Below are positions 31,511-41,150 of a stretch of 64,000 nt of DNA, piece after piece. The notes below the pieces were generated by a model. It searched no databases. It was not told where the DNA came from and worked only from the letters and a program-made list of their open reading frames with translations. The first letter of the stretch is position 1. Each line of letters begins with the position of its first letter. Origin of the DNA: Promethearchaeota archaeon (GTDB lineage Archaea; Asgardarchaeota; Lokiarchaeia; Sigyniarchaeales; SOKP01); the NCBI GenBank assembly GCA_016840085.1, contig JAEOTA010000018.1, positions 128,001 through 192,000 of the forward strand. Direction: 5' to 3'. The position numbers and the translations under genes were made by a program.

Positions 31511-32113
31511 ATGGTAAAAAAAGATGATGAAAAGGGTTTTGTTGATATAATCAATGGTAGATATAAACCAAGGGGTATTTTCCACATTTCAGAGGCAAAT
31601 CAGCCAATTTTCAATAAAGATATAGGAAAACTAGCAGGTGTAACAAATCCTAGAGATATGACCTATATTCACTCTTATGGTGGTGAAGCTATATTTTTTG
31701 AATCTCTTGGGAAGGGTAAACTCATGGCTTCAAGATGTGATAACGATAAGTGCGACTCAAAAGGTTCTATCTTTGAACCTTTCAGAATTTTTTGTCCTGA
31801 CTGCTTAAGAAAAGCTACTCCAATTGATATAACCGAAAAAGCTCGAAAAATTGCAAGAATCCATTCCTTTATTGTGACTCATCGATCTGGGGCTTTTAAT
31901 ACACTTCCCAAACCAATAAAATTCATTAATGTCGAATTTGATGAAGAAGTGGTCACAATTCTTATGAGCATTCTAGCAGTTGGAGAACCGGAAATTGGGA
32001 AAAAAGTTATTCCGATTTTTCGAACGAAAAGTCCAACTTACACGATTATGGACCTAATGTTTGTCTTAGAAGGAACAAAGGAATTAGAATTACCTGAAGG
32101 ATTTACTTTTTAA
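31511..32113 (+). CDS. DUF35 zinc-ribbon/OB-fold partner of thiolase-fold protein
   Basis: FFESLGKGKLMASRC...C...P.RIFCPDC followed by OB fold; starts 2 nt after the thiolase-fold gene. Confidence 0.85.
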   Translation: MVKKDDEKGFVDIINGRYKPRGIFHISEANQPIFNKDIGKLAGVTNPRDMTYIHSYGGEAIFFESLGKGKLMASRCDNDKCDSKGSIFEPFRIFCPDCLRKATPIDITEKARKIARIHSFIVTHRSGAFNTLPKPIKFINVEFDEEVVTILMSILAVGEPEIGKKVIPIFRTKSPTYTIMDLMFVLEGTKELELPEGFTF

Positions 32114-32235
32114 TTTTGAAAACTTTTTTTTTCTATTCTATTATATTTCTCTAACTTTATAGTTTTTAGAGACAATGTGATTTTACTTTAAAATAATAAA
32201 GGGTAAAAAAAGATTAAATTATGAATTAATATATC

Positions 32236-33111
32236 TTACTGAAGCAGATTGAAGAGCTTACGGGCTTCTTCTGGAGTTGCTACTTCCCTTCCAGCTAGTG
32301 CTGCAACTTTTGCAGCCCATTCTACCTGTTCCCATGATCCTTTAGCTAGACAACCATCAGGAACGCGAATATTATCTTCCAAACCAACTCGAATGTGTCC
32401 TTCCATTGCTGCTGCGCATAATCCAGCTCTAAATTGATCTTTAGCTACTCCACATACACTCCATGAGGATTCAGGAGGGCTCAGATTGAGTAAACCTGCT
32501 AAATTTTGGTAAGAAAAAGGAATACCACCCAACACACCGAAAACAAATTGAAAATGAAGAGGTCGGTCAAATAAGTCTTGTTTTTTATTAAGAAATAATA
32601 TGTTATACAATCCTCCAAAATCATATACCTCAATCTCAGGTTTGGTTTTAGCTTTTTTCATTTCTTTTAAAAGAACTTGAATTGTTTGAAAAGTATTTCT
32701 AAAAATTCCATCAGGGTTTGCCATTATTTCCCCTGTTTTAAAATTACCTATACTATAATTCATTGAATTAGTATTTAATGAGGAAATCAATGGTTTAAAA
32801 GTCTTGGTAGGAGCAACTCTTTGCTCAAGTGTGATTCCTGTCGAGCTGGTAATATTTATTATAATCTCAGGAGCTTTTTCATGAATGTTGTCTATCACTG
32901 CTTTTATTTTATCCAAATCAGCAGTAGGGAATCCTGTTTCAGGATCTCTTGCATGGATATGTACAACTGCAGCTCCAGCATCATAACATTTTTTTGCCTC
33001 ATCTCCAAACTCTTCAGGAGTATAAGGAACAGCAGGATTTTGTTCTTTCCTAGTGAAAGCTCCCGCAAGAGCAGCACTTATTACTAATTTATTTGATAAA
33101 TCTTCTGACAT
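32236..33111 (-). CDS. Beta-keto acid cleavage enzyme (BKACE/DUF849, Kce-like)
   Basis: ISAALAGA, PAVPYTPEE, VHIHAR, KPEIEVYD, HIRVGLEDN. Confidence 0.92.
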   Translation of the reverse strand: MSEDLSNKLVISAALAGAFTRKEQNPAVPYTPEEFGDEAKKCYDAGAAVVHIHARDPETGFPTADLDKIKAVIDNIHEKAPEIIINITSSTGITLEQRVAPTKTFKPLISSLNTNSMNYSIGNFKTGEIMANPDGIFRNTFQTIQVLLKEMKKAKTKPEIEVYDFGGLYNILFLNKKQDLFDRPLHFQFVFGVLGGIPFSYQNLAGLLNLSPPESSWSVCGVAKDQFRAGLCAAAMEGHIRVGLEDNIRVPDGCLAKGSWEQVEWAAKVAALAGREVATPEEARKLFNLLQ

Positions 33112-33225
33112 TATTCAATCACACTAACATTTGGTTTGTATTGCTAAATTTAATATTTAAAAATTAAAATACTATTTCTTACTAAAATTTAACTATTAAA
33201 AAATGGAGAGAGACGAGAAAATGAT

Positions 33226-33450
33226 TGGAAACAAGTTGTAACATCGGAAATAATTAAGTTGTTTACTCTAGCCCCACTCATTGCGCATAGTGAGAAATTA
33301 AGACTTCCCAAGGTTATAGCATTAATTGATATTGAAGAAACAACCAGCATAATGTTAGGAATAGTAAAAACTAAAGATTATAAAAAAGGTTTCACTTGTG
33401 TAAAAGTAAAAGTAGTTCTTAGATCTAAGGACAAAAGAGAAAGAATTTAA
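33226..33450 (+). pseudogene. Remnant of a DUF35 OB-fold gene lacking the zinc ribbon
   Basis: WKQVVTSEIIKLFT...PKVIALIDIEE...MLG...VKVKVV aligns by eye with the OB half of neighbouring DUF35 proteins; in-frame stop at 33190-33192 and no CxxC pairs. Confidence 0.5.
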
Positions 33451-33559
33451 AAATATATACTATTTTGAGAATAAATTAAATCATATTTTATTTTTATATT
33501 GAACTACTCTTTTAAAATTAAAAAATAAAAAAAAGTAAGTAATTTATACACATTTTCTA

Positions 33560-34483
33560 TTATTCTAATTCTATATCATCTTTTAAGCAATTAAAAATCT
33601 TTCGTGCTTCGGCACCTTGAGCTATTTCCCTACCAGAAATTTCAGTTACTCTTTTAGCCCACGCAACTTGTTCCCAGCTACCCTTAGCTAATTCTCCATT
33701 TGGCATTCTGATATTATCTTCTAAACCTACTCTAATATGCCCACTCCAAGCAGCAGCACACATCCCCGCTTGAAATTGTTGTTTAGCAACACCGCATACG
33801 CTCCATGTAGCTCTAGGTGGTTTTAGATTAAGTAAAGTCTCAAGATTTCCTGGAGAAAATGGAATCCCCCCAAGGACTCCAAAAACAAATTGAAAGTGTA
33901 AGGGTTGTTCAAATATACCTTCTTGTTTATTAAGGAAAAGCATGTTATACATTCCACCAAAATCATATATTTCCATTTCTGGTTTAGTACGAGATTTTCT
34001 CATATACTTAGCAAAAGTTTGAATAGTTGAAAATGTATTTGAAAAGATATTGCCTGCTCCCATAGTTACTTTTCCCGTTTTAAAATCACCAATCGAAAAA
34101 TTCATTGAGTTAGTATTTAAAGAGGCGAGTGGGGGTTTATACTTTCTAACAGGCATTATCCTTTCTCTATCACTTGCTACTGCACTGATAGCGGTACTTA
34201 AGTTTATAATAACATCTGGCGCTTTTTCTTTTATGTTTTCAACTGTAGCTTTAATAATATCCAAATTAGGAGTTGCAATACCTCCTTTAGAGGCATCTCT
34301 GGCATGAATATGAACTACAGCAGCTCCAGCATCATAACATTTTTTTGCTTCATCTCCAAACTCTTCTGGTGTATAAGGTACAGCGGGATTTTGTTCTTTT
34401 CTCGTAGCTGCCCCTGCTAACGCGGCTGAAATTACTAATTTATTTTCTGGATTATTTTCATATATTTCTGCCATTTTTAACAC
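33560..34483 (-). CDS. BKACE/DUF849 enzyme, second paralogue
   Basis: Same motifs as 32236-33111 (VHIHAR, RVGLEDN) with long identical stretches; start may be ATG 34474. Confidence 0.92.
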   Translation of the reverse strand: MLKMAEIYENNPENKLVISAALAGAATRKEQNPAVPYTPEEFGDEAKKCYDAGAAVVHIHARDASKGGIATPNLDIIKATVENIKEKAPDVIINLSTAISAVASDRERIMPVRKYKPPLASLNTNSMNFSIGDFKTGKVTMGAGNIFSNTFSTIQTFAKYMRKSRTKPEMEIYDFGGMYNMLFLNKQEGIFEQPLHFQFVFGVLGGIPFSPGNLETLLNLKPPRATWSVCGVAKQQFQAGMCAAAWSGHIRVGLEDNIRMPNGELAKGSWEQVAWAKRVTEISGREIAQGAEARKIFNCLKDDIELE

Positions 34484-34783
34484 TTTTTGTTTACTTTTTT
34501 TGGATTTAAATAAATTATTAATTATTAATTCTTGAATAAAATATTAATTTCCTAAATATTTAAAGTTTAAAACTTAAATAATTAATGATTAAAACTTTTA
34601 AAATTAAGTAGAAGATTCTTAATCAACTATTTTCTTATACGAGTTATTCTTTTTCACAATATCGCAAAAATATTTTAATTTTCTTTAAATTCCTTAAAAA
34701 TTCTCTTTAAAAAGTTTTTTTTAATACAAATCATAAGATTAATCATAATAAAATTATAAATAAAAAATATAGAATGAAAAATT

Positions 34784-35245
34784 ATGACCAATAAAGTGAT
34801 TGTGGCTAATAAGGGTTTAATTCGGGCGGAATTTAATTTCTGGGTTGGTCAATATATGGATAAATTCTATGATGGTCTTGAAAATAAAAAAATAATTGGA
34901 AATGAATGCCCCGAATGTGGAGACATTTTCGTTCCGCCAAGGAAAATATGTGGAAAATGTAATTTTTTAATTCCTTTGGATCAGAACTGGGTAGATTTGC
35001 CAGATACAGGAACTCTAAAAAATTATACAATAACACATTATAAAGTTAATGATAGATCGAGTCGTAAAGTAAAGAAACCTCAAATTATAGGAATGGTGCA
35101 GATTGATGGGAGTAATACAGCAATAATTTATAGACTTTTAGGTCTAGAGTCAGAGGAAGTCAAGATAGGAATGAAATTAAAAGTTCAATGGGAGGAAAAA
35201 ACAAAGGGAGACCCTTCAGATATTAAGGGTTTCATGAAAGCATGA
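34784..35245 (+). CDS. DUF35 zinc-ribbon/OB-fold protein
   Basis: CPECG...PPR..CGKC, WVDLPDTGT, GMKLKVQW. Confidence 0.9.
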   Translation: MTNKVIVANKGLIRAEFNFWVGQYMDKFYDGLENKKIIGNECPECGDIFVPPRKICGKCNFLIPLDQNWVDLPDTGTLKNYTITHYKVNDRSSRKVKKPQIIGMVQIDGSNTAIIYRLLGLESEEVKIGMKLKVQWEEKTKGDPSDIKGFMKA

Positions 35246-35260
35246 GGGGTGATAACATAA

Positions 35261-36403
35261 ATGCAAAGAGTTGGAATTGTAGGATTTAATCAAGTAAAAT
35301 TATATTCAGATGCTAATTATGGTAGGTATGAGATGATCTTTGAGGCTGTGCGAGGAGTTTTAGACAGCGCAGGTCTGAAAAAGAAAGATATATCAACTGT
35401 GGTCTCGGCTACTAATGACTATTATGATGGTCGAACAATTTCAAATGCGCTAACTGTAGAGCCTGGAGGGGGATACTTAACAGATGAGTCTAAGGTTGAA
35501 ATGGATGGTGCTCATGCTGTATTATACGGATTAATGCGGATTTTATCTGGTAATCATAAATTAGCAGTTGTGTGGGGTGGGAGTATGGCATCATGTTTTC
35601 CATACCATTCTGCTCGATTATATGAGACAGATCCCACATGGGAGCGTCCACTTGCATATGTAAATGATATAACCTCTGCTGGATTTCAGATGAGAGCTTA
35701 TATGGAAAAGTTTGGAGTAAGTGCTGAAGATATTGCTAAAATCGCTGTTAAAAATAGAAAAAACGCTGAAAAAAACCCTTTAGCTTTAGCAGAAGCTCAA
35801 AATCCAAACTTAACAGTTAAAGACGTTTTAGATTCTGAGATTTATGCAAATCCAGTAACAGAATTAATGGTAGCTCAACCCTGTGATGGTATAGCTGCTT
35901 TATTATTAGCACCAGAAAAGCAAGCACTAAAGATCACAGATAATCCAGTCTGGATTACAGGTGTGGGTTATAGTCAAGAAACATATTATCTTGGAGATAG
36001 AGACTTATCCATTAGTAAATCCATGGAATTGGCAAGTAACATGGCATTTAATACTGCTGGAGTTAAAGATCCTATAAATGAAATTGATGTAGCTGAATTA
36101 TTTGAAGCTTATGCTCATGAAGAATTAATTTTTAGCGAAGCTTTAGGATTTGCTGAAAGAGGTAAAGGAACAAGTCTAAACTCTGAAATTGGTGGTGATC
36201 TACCGATCAATCCTTCTGGAGGTGCTCTTGGGGGGAATCCCCCTTGTGCAACGGGTTTGATAAGAATTATTGAAGCTGTTAAACAACTAAGAGGAGAGGC
36301 AAATGGTTATCAAGTTAAGAGTGCTAAAAAAGCCATTGCTTCGGGCCAGATAGGAATGTGTGCCCAAAATAACATATTATATGTATTAGAAGGAGGTAAT
36401 TAA
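35261..36403 (+). CDS. Ltp4-like thiolase-fold protein (putative retro-aldolase subunit)
   Basis: DYYDGR, ESKVEMDGA, TDP motifs resembling actinobacterial Ltp4 as recalled; no catalytic Cys; INPSGGAL. Confidence 0.8.
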   Translation: MQRVGIVGFNQVKLYSDANYGRYEMIFEAVRGVLDSAGLKKKDISTVVSATNDYYDGRTISNALTVEPGGGYLTDESKVEMDGAHAVLYGLMRILSGNHKLAVVWGGSMASCFPYHSARLYETDPTWERPLAYVNDITSAGFQMRAYMEKFGVSAEDIAKIAVKNRKNAEKNPLALAEAQNPNLTVKDVLDSEIYANPVTELMVAQPCDGIAALLLAPEKQALKITDNPVWITGVGYSQETYYLGDRDLSISKSMELASNMAFNTAGVKDPINEIDVAELFEAYAHEELIFSEALGFAERGKGTSLNSEIGGDLPINPSGGALGGNPPCATGLIRIIEAVKQLRGEANGYQVKSAKKAIASGQIGMCAQNNILYVLEGGN

Positions 36404-36405
36404 AA

Positions 36406-37653
36406 ATGGGAAGACAAGTATGTGTTGCAAGTGCAGGTTTTAGTGAGCATGCTTCGAAGCGTTCAGATGTAAGCATGCCGGAATTAGTAAATGAGGCAAT
36501 AGAAGATTGCTTAAAAAAAATTCCAAGTATTGATCTTAAAGATATTGATGCTTTTGTAAATGGAAATATGCCTGCGTTTGAAGGTTCAAATATTCCTGAA
36601 CTATGGATGACAGATTGGATGGGTGCCAGAAATAAACCTTTATTGAGAGTCACTACAGGAGGTACTACAGGTGGTTCAGTAGCTATTGCAGGATATTATT
36701 CTGTCGCTGCTGGATTACCGGGTGTAGATACTGTATTAGCTATCGCTTTTGAGCAACAATCTCAAGGTGATACAAGTGTTGGACTTGCTAGCGTAGCTTA
36801 TGGAGAAATATCTGTTATGAACTCATTAGGTATTCCTTATGATCAATTAACACTTCTTTTATCTGGTGGTGCTGCTATAGGAATTGCTTCGTATCAAGCT
36901 ACTAATTATATGCGTAAAAGTAAAATTACAGAAGAAGATTTAGCTAGAGTTGTTGTTCAGAATAGACATAATGCAGCAAAAACATGGTGGGCTCATCTTA
37001 AAATGCCTGATCTTACAATTGAGGAAGTTTTAGATACACCCTACATTTCATATCCTTTAAGGTATGGAATGGTCTGCCCAGCATCTGATGGAGCATGCGC
37101 AATGCTATTTACAACCGAGGAAAAAGCAAAAAATATGTGTGATATTCCCGTATATGTAAATGGGGTAGGTAGTATAGCAACTGAAACTGCTCTTATTGGA
37201 TTTGATGGGAGTGGATCAGGACAACTAGATCTTTCTGAACAATTAGGTGCCCAAAAAACTTCTGAATTAGCCTTTAAACAAGCAGGCATTTCATTTCCAA
37301 GGAAAGAAGTTGACTATGCAGAAGTTTATTCTCCTTTTCCTAATCAAGAACTTATGTGGGTTGAGAAATTGGGTCTATTTGAAGAAAATACTGCTCCAAA
37401 AATGTATGAAACAGGAGTAACTGCTTTAAATGGTGAATTACCTATAAATTGTTCAGGAGGGGTTAATTCTACGAATGCAATTGGAGCATCAGCATTGGAA
37501 AGACCTGCTGTAGCAGCTTTACAAATCATGGGAAAAGCTAGTAATCAAGTTCCAAAAACAGTACACACGTCATTGGGGCATGGATGGGGGGGATATGTTA
37601 ATTTAGTTACAATGATGGCTATGGCTGATGAACCAGCTAGAAAATTTAAATAA
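36406..37653 (+). CDS. Ltp3-like thiolase-fold protein (putative retro-aldolase subunit)
   Basis: KRSDVSM..LV.EAI, FEG..IPELWM.D.MGA..KPLLRV.TGG..GGS, AEVYSPF...E.MW.E.LG, SGGV.S.N.IGAS, QIMGKA, GH.WGG, matching Ltp3 as recalled. Confidence 0.82.
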   Translation: MGRQVCVASAGFSEHASKRSDVSMPELVNEAIEDCLKKIPSIDLKDIDAFVNGNMPAFEGSNIPELWMTDWMGARNKPLLRVTTGGTTGGSVAIAGYYSVAAGLPGVDTVLAIAFEQQSQGDTSVGLASVAYGEISVMNSLGIPYDQLTLLLSGGAAIGIASYQATNYMRKSKITEEDLARVVVQNRHNAAKTWWAHLKMPDLTIEEVLDTPYISYPLRYGMVCPASDGACAMLFTTEEKAKNMCDIPVYVNGVGSIATETALIGFDGSGSGQLDLSEQLGAQKTSELAFKQAGISFPRKEVDYAEVYSPFPNQELMWVEKLGLFEENTAPKMYETGVTALNGELPINCSGGVNSTNAIGASALERPAVAALQIMGKASNQVPKTVHTSLGHGWGGYVNLVTMMAMADEPARKFK

Positions 37654-37672
37654 AAAATTGAGGTAATATAAA

Positions 37673-38203
37673 TTGTCTAAAAGAACGTTAAGAAAATCAA
37701 TGGATTATATTAAAGAAGAATATGTAAGAACAAGGACTATGCCAGCAAGTTGGTATTTATCCAGTTATCAATTTAAATTTAATATTACTCATATGAAACC
37801 ATTTCTTGATAAATTAAAGCAGAAAAAGCTAATTGGTTTACAATGTTCAAGTTGTAATAGAATTTATTTCCCTCCACGCCAAATTTGCGGTAAATGCCTC
37901 GTTAAACCTGATAGGTGGGTTGATTTGCGTGAAACTGGGAGGGTAGCCTCGTACACCGTAACTTATTTAAAAGATCCCGAAACTGATGAAGTTTTAGAAC
38001 GACCTATTGTTTGTGCGCAATTAGATGGGGCAGATACTTCATACCCAGCACAGTTAGATCCTGATGTTGAATTTAAGGATACTTATATAGGAATGCCAAT
38101 AAAAGTTCACTGGGCTGAAAATATTAAGGGTGGAATGATGGATATTGAATATTACGATCCAATTGAAGATGATGCTAAAGATTTAGGTTTACGTAAAGAG
38201 TAA
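37673..38203 (+). CDS. DUF35 zinc-ribbon/OB-fold protein
   Basis: CSSC...FPPRQICGKC, QLDGADT, IGMPIKVHW. Confidence 0.9.
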   Translation: MSKRTLRKSMDYIKEEYVRTRTMPASWYLSSYQFKFNITHMKPFLDKLKQKKLIGLQCSSCNRIYFPPRQICGKCLVKPDRWVDLRETGRVASYTVTYLKDPETDEVLERPIVCAQLDGADTSYPAQLDPDVEFKDTYIGMPIKVHWAENIKGGMMDIEYYDPIEDDAKDLGLRKE

Positions 38204-38260
38204 AAATTAATTTTCTACAAACTTTTTTTTTTTAATAAATAGCACTTCAATTTAAAATTA

Positions 38261-39319
38261 TTATATAAATTTAGTCAAAACTTTTCCTATTTTCTCACTA
38301 GCAAATTCGATATCGTTCTCATTTAGTCCGTAATGAGTCACAAATCTGATTTTATCTTTACTTATACTAAAAGCTAAAACTCCTTCTTTTCCAAATTCAG
38401 TTATTATTTTTGATATTTCTATTTTTTTCATAAGTTCAACAATAACAATATTGGTATCAGGTGTATGAATTTTAACCGGTAAATTATAAGTCTTAATACA
38501 TTCAGCAAGTAATTTAGCATTTTTATGATCTTCTTCAAGCCGTTGTATCCACTTCGGTTCAAGTGCGATTAATCCAAAAACGGCTATTATTCCTGCTTGT
38601 CGCATACCACCTCCTAACATTTTTCGATATCTTCTAGCTTTTGAAATAAAATCTTTTGAACCTGCTACAATTGACCCTACAGGGCATGATAATCCTTTAG
38701 ATAAACAAAACATAACACTATCCACATGTTTAGTAAATTCTGTGACTGGAACATTTAAACCTATTGCAGCGTTGAATATTCTTGCTCCATCCATATGAAA
38801 TTTCAATTTATTTATATCAGCAAAATTTTTCATTTTTTGTAAATCTTCGGGGTTTATTATAACTCCACCATGATAATTATGCGTATTTTCTTGACTTATC
38901 AGAGTTGTGGGTGGTTGATGAATATCTTCTCGATTACGAATCATATCCTGAAGATTATCTAAATTGGGAACACCTTTATCAGAAGAGAACGTACATATCA
39001 TTAATCCGCCTAATCTAGCAGTACTCCCAACTTCATGTCCATAAATATGACTTCGTTTCTCAATCATTATTTCATCTCCAGGATTAGTTTGAGACAGCAA
39101 GGAAATAAGGTTGCCTTGTGTTCCTGAAGTAACTAATAATGCTGCTTCTTTACCAACAACTTTAGCTGCTTTTTCTTCCAAGTCATTAACAGTTGGATCT
39201 TCTCCTTCAACATCATCGCCCAATTTGGAATTACCTAATGATCTTAATGCTTCCCACATTTCTGGTGATGGTTTTGTTACAGTATCAGAACGTAAATCAA
39301 CAATCCTCAATTTAATCAA
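38261..39319 (-). CDS. ltaE: Low-specificity L-threonine aldolase
   Basis: DLRSDTVT, SGTQGN, ENTHN, HMDGARIFNA, CLSKGL (PLP Lys), GGGMRQAG. Confidence 0.93.
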   Translation of the reverse strand: MIKLRIVDLRSDTVTKPSPEMWEALRSLGNSKLGDDVEGEDPTVNDLEEKAAKVVGKEAALLVTSGTQGNLISLLSQTNPGDEIMIEKRSHIYGHEVGSTARLGGLMICTFSSDKGVPNLDNLQDMIRNREDIHQPPTTLISQENTHNYHGGVIINPEDLQKMKNFADINKLKFHMDGARIFNAAIGLNVPVTEFTKHVDSVMFCLSKGLSCPVGSIVAGSKDFISKARRYRKMLGGGMRQAGIIAVFGLIALEPKWIQRLEEDHKNAKLLAECIKTYNLPVKIHTPDTNIVIVELMKKIEISKIITEFGKEGVLAFSISKDKIRFVTHYGLNENDIEFASEKIGKVLTKFI

Positions 39320-39413
39320 GATTTATTCAATAATTTATTAAATCTGTATAATGCTTCATAGCACTAAAATTGTATGATAAAAACAAAAAGCACTAGATGG
39401 TTATTTTCTAGAG

Positions 39414-40253
39414 TTAAAACTTATGATAAACTTCGCTTATCTGTTTTCCTATTATTTCAATATCATTTATATTTGCCGTACCAAGTTGTTTTTCTTCTCC
39501 ATATTTTAAATATTTCACTTTATCCGGACCAAATCCCATAATTGCACTCCCAACTCTATCAACAGCTACAGGATCTTCTCCAGCAATGATCAGATCCATT
39601 TGAATAGGTTTTCCTCCTAGTTCCCAACCATTTGACCCAACAATCCCATCAATGATTTGGAATTTCATTTTAGATCGCAACACTGAAACTAAATCAGCTA
39701 TCTTTTTATGAAGGTTTGAATGCATTATACTTTTAGGTGAAATAGTTCCCATCATATTTTTCATGCTTAACGTAGTTCTGGCCATGTTATGTGTTTTTAA
39801 AGAAGGAACTGAAATAATAAAACTCGCGTCCATGGCTGTTTTTGCTATGTTAACAGTTTTCAGTGCTAAGGGATTAAGTATTTCAATATTATTTATAATC
39901 TCATCATTATTTAAATTCATAATCTTAATTCCATATTCCTCTAACCGAAAGATCTCATTTAACCTAAAAAATTTTTCTGATGTTCCAAAGGAACCACCAT
40001 CAGCAACGATTATTTTTTTTGGATTGATTTTCGCCTCTTGAATGAGATACATAACGATTCCTTCCAAAGTATCTGTTGAGGTTACATTTCCAGTACTAAA
40101 ATGATCCGAGGTTACCCAATTAGGATTTACTAAGACTTTTTTTTCTACTCTTGTTATAAAGTTCTTTAAAGGAATCATTTTAAGAGTTCTTAAAACAACA
40201 TCTTGAGTAGTTTCATGCGATTTTCTTTTGATTGTATAGACTTTTGTTTTCAT
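39414..40253 (-). CDS. DUF362 family protein
   Basis: VLVNPN, ISVPSLKTH...TTLSMKNMMG, IIDG, DPVAVD; start set at ATG 40253 because the longer ORF runs through a poly-T tract. Confidence 0.85.
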   Translation of the reverse strand: MKTKVYTIKRKSHETTQDVVLRTLKMIPLKNFITRVEKKVLVNPNWVTSDHFSTGNVTSTDTLEGIVMYLIQEAKINPKKIIVADGGSFGTSEKFFRLNEIFRLEEYGIKIMNLNNDEIINNIEILNPLALKTVNIAKTAMDASFIISVPSLKTHNMARTTLSMKNMMGTISPKSIMHSNLHKKIADLVSVLRSKMKFQIIDGIVGSNGWELGGKPIQMDLIIAGEDPVAVDRVGSAIMGFGPDKVKYLKYGEEKQLGTANINDIEIIGKQISEVYHKF

Positions 40254-40306
40254 CTTTACTATAATTCTCTCGAATAAAAGGAATAAGCTTTTAAACAATA
40301 AATAGT

Positions 40307-40322
40307 AAAAAAAAAAAAAAAA
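40307..40322 (-). terminator. Poly-T tract, probable terminator of the ABC operon
   Basis: Run of about 16 A on + strand (T on -) about 50 nt downstream of the permease stop at 40371. Confidence 0.45.
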
Positions 40323-40370
40323 TTTTTGTTTAAACATTCATTATTTCAATATTTCAAATTCTTGTTTTTA

Positions 40371-41150
40371 CTATAAACCTGGAATAGCGGTCCGTTTGTG
40401 GACAGAATCTAACAACTTGGAAATAATTGTGATTAGAACTAGAAATATGAGAGCAACAAGGCTGTACGTAGCAAGTGTGAGAAATACCTCTGAAATAATA
40501 TGATGTGCTTTAGCAAAAAGTTCCGTTACTCCAATATAAAAGACAACAACAGTGTATTTCGGAAGATAAGCAGCTTCATTAGACCATGCAGGAATAACAC
40601 GGCGTAGAGCCTGTGGTAAGATAACATGAAAAATACCCGCTCGACGAGACATACCAAGCGATTGGGCTGCTTCTAACTGTCCGGTGCCAACAGATGTAAT
40701 GGCTCCACGAAAATATTCAGCTTGATAAGCTGCACTATTAAGACCTAACGTGAGAATACCAATTAGAGTTGGGTGATCTAGGAGGACAATCGTTATATCC
40801 CTGTCAAAGATTTGAGTGCTGACGTAGAAACGCCACCTTACAATGGGGATATAGGGAAGTCCCTCCGCTTCTAGGATAGCAATTATACTATAGGGGAGAA
40901 AGTAGAAGAGGAACAATTGTGCAAGCAAAGGTGTGCCACGCATAAGTTCGATATATCCTGTAGCAATCCGTGAAAAAATCTTTCCTCCGTATTGGCGGAG
41001 ACCAGCGAGCAAGAGGCCAAGGAAAAAACCTATTATAAGAGCCCACATATATAACCACATAGTCTTTGTTAAGCCTTCGAGGATGTGATCCCAGAACTCT
41101 AATACGCGAAGAAATTCCTCTATCTGTTCAGGAAGAGCTTGAAATATCAT
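40371..41150 (-). CDS. Polar amino-acid ABC transporter permease
   Basis: YIELMRGTPLLAQL, AAYQAEYFRGAI, GQLEAAQSLGM, ILPQA. Confidence 0.93.
   Translation of the reverse strand: MIFQALPEQIEEFLRVLEFWDHILEGLTKTMWLYMWALIIGFFLGLLLAGLRQYGGKIFSRIATGYIELMRGTPLLAQLFLFYFLPYSIIAILEAEGLPYIPIVRWRFYVSTQIFDRDITIVLLDHPTLIGILTLGLNSAAYQAEYFRGAITSVGTGQLEAAQSLGMSRRAGIFHVILPQALRRVIPAWSNEAAYLPKYTVVVFYIGVTELFAKAHHIISEVFLTLATYSLVALIFLVLITIISKLLDSVHKRTAIPGL

Noticed and set aside
40254-40337. N-terminal extension MFKQKFFFFFYYLL of the DUF362 ORF, resembling a signal peptide
   Set aside because: It is produced by translating a poly-T terminator-like tract; the real start is more likely ATG 40253.
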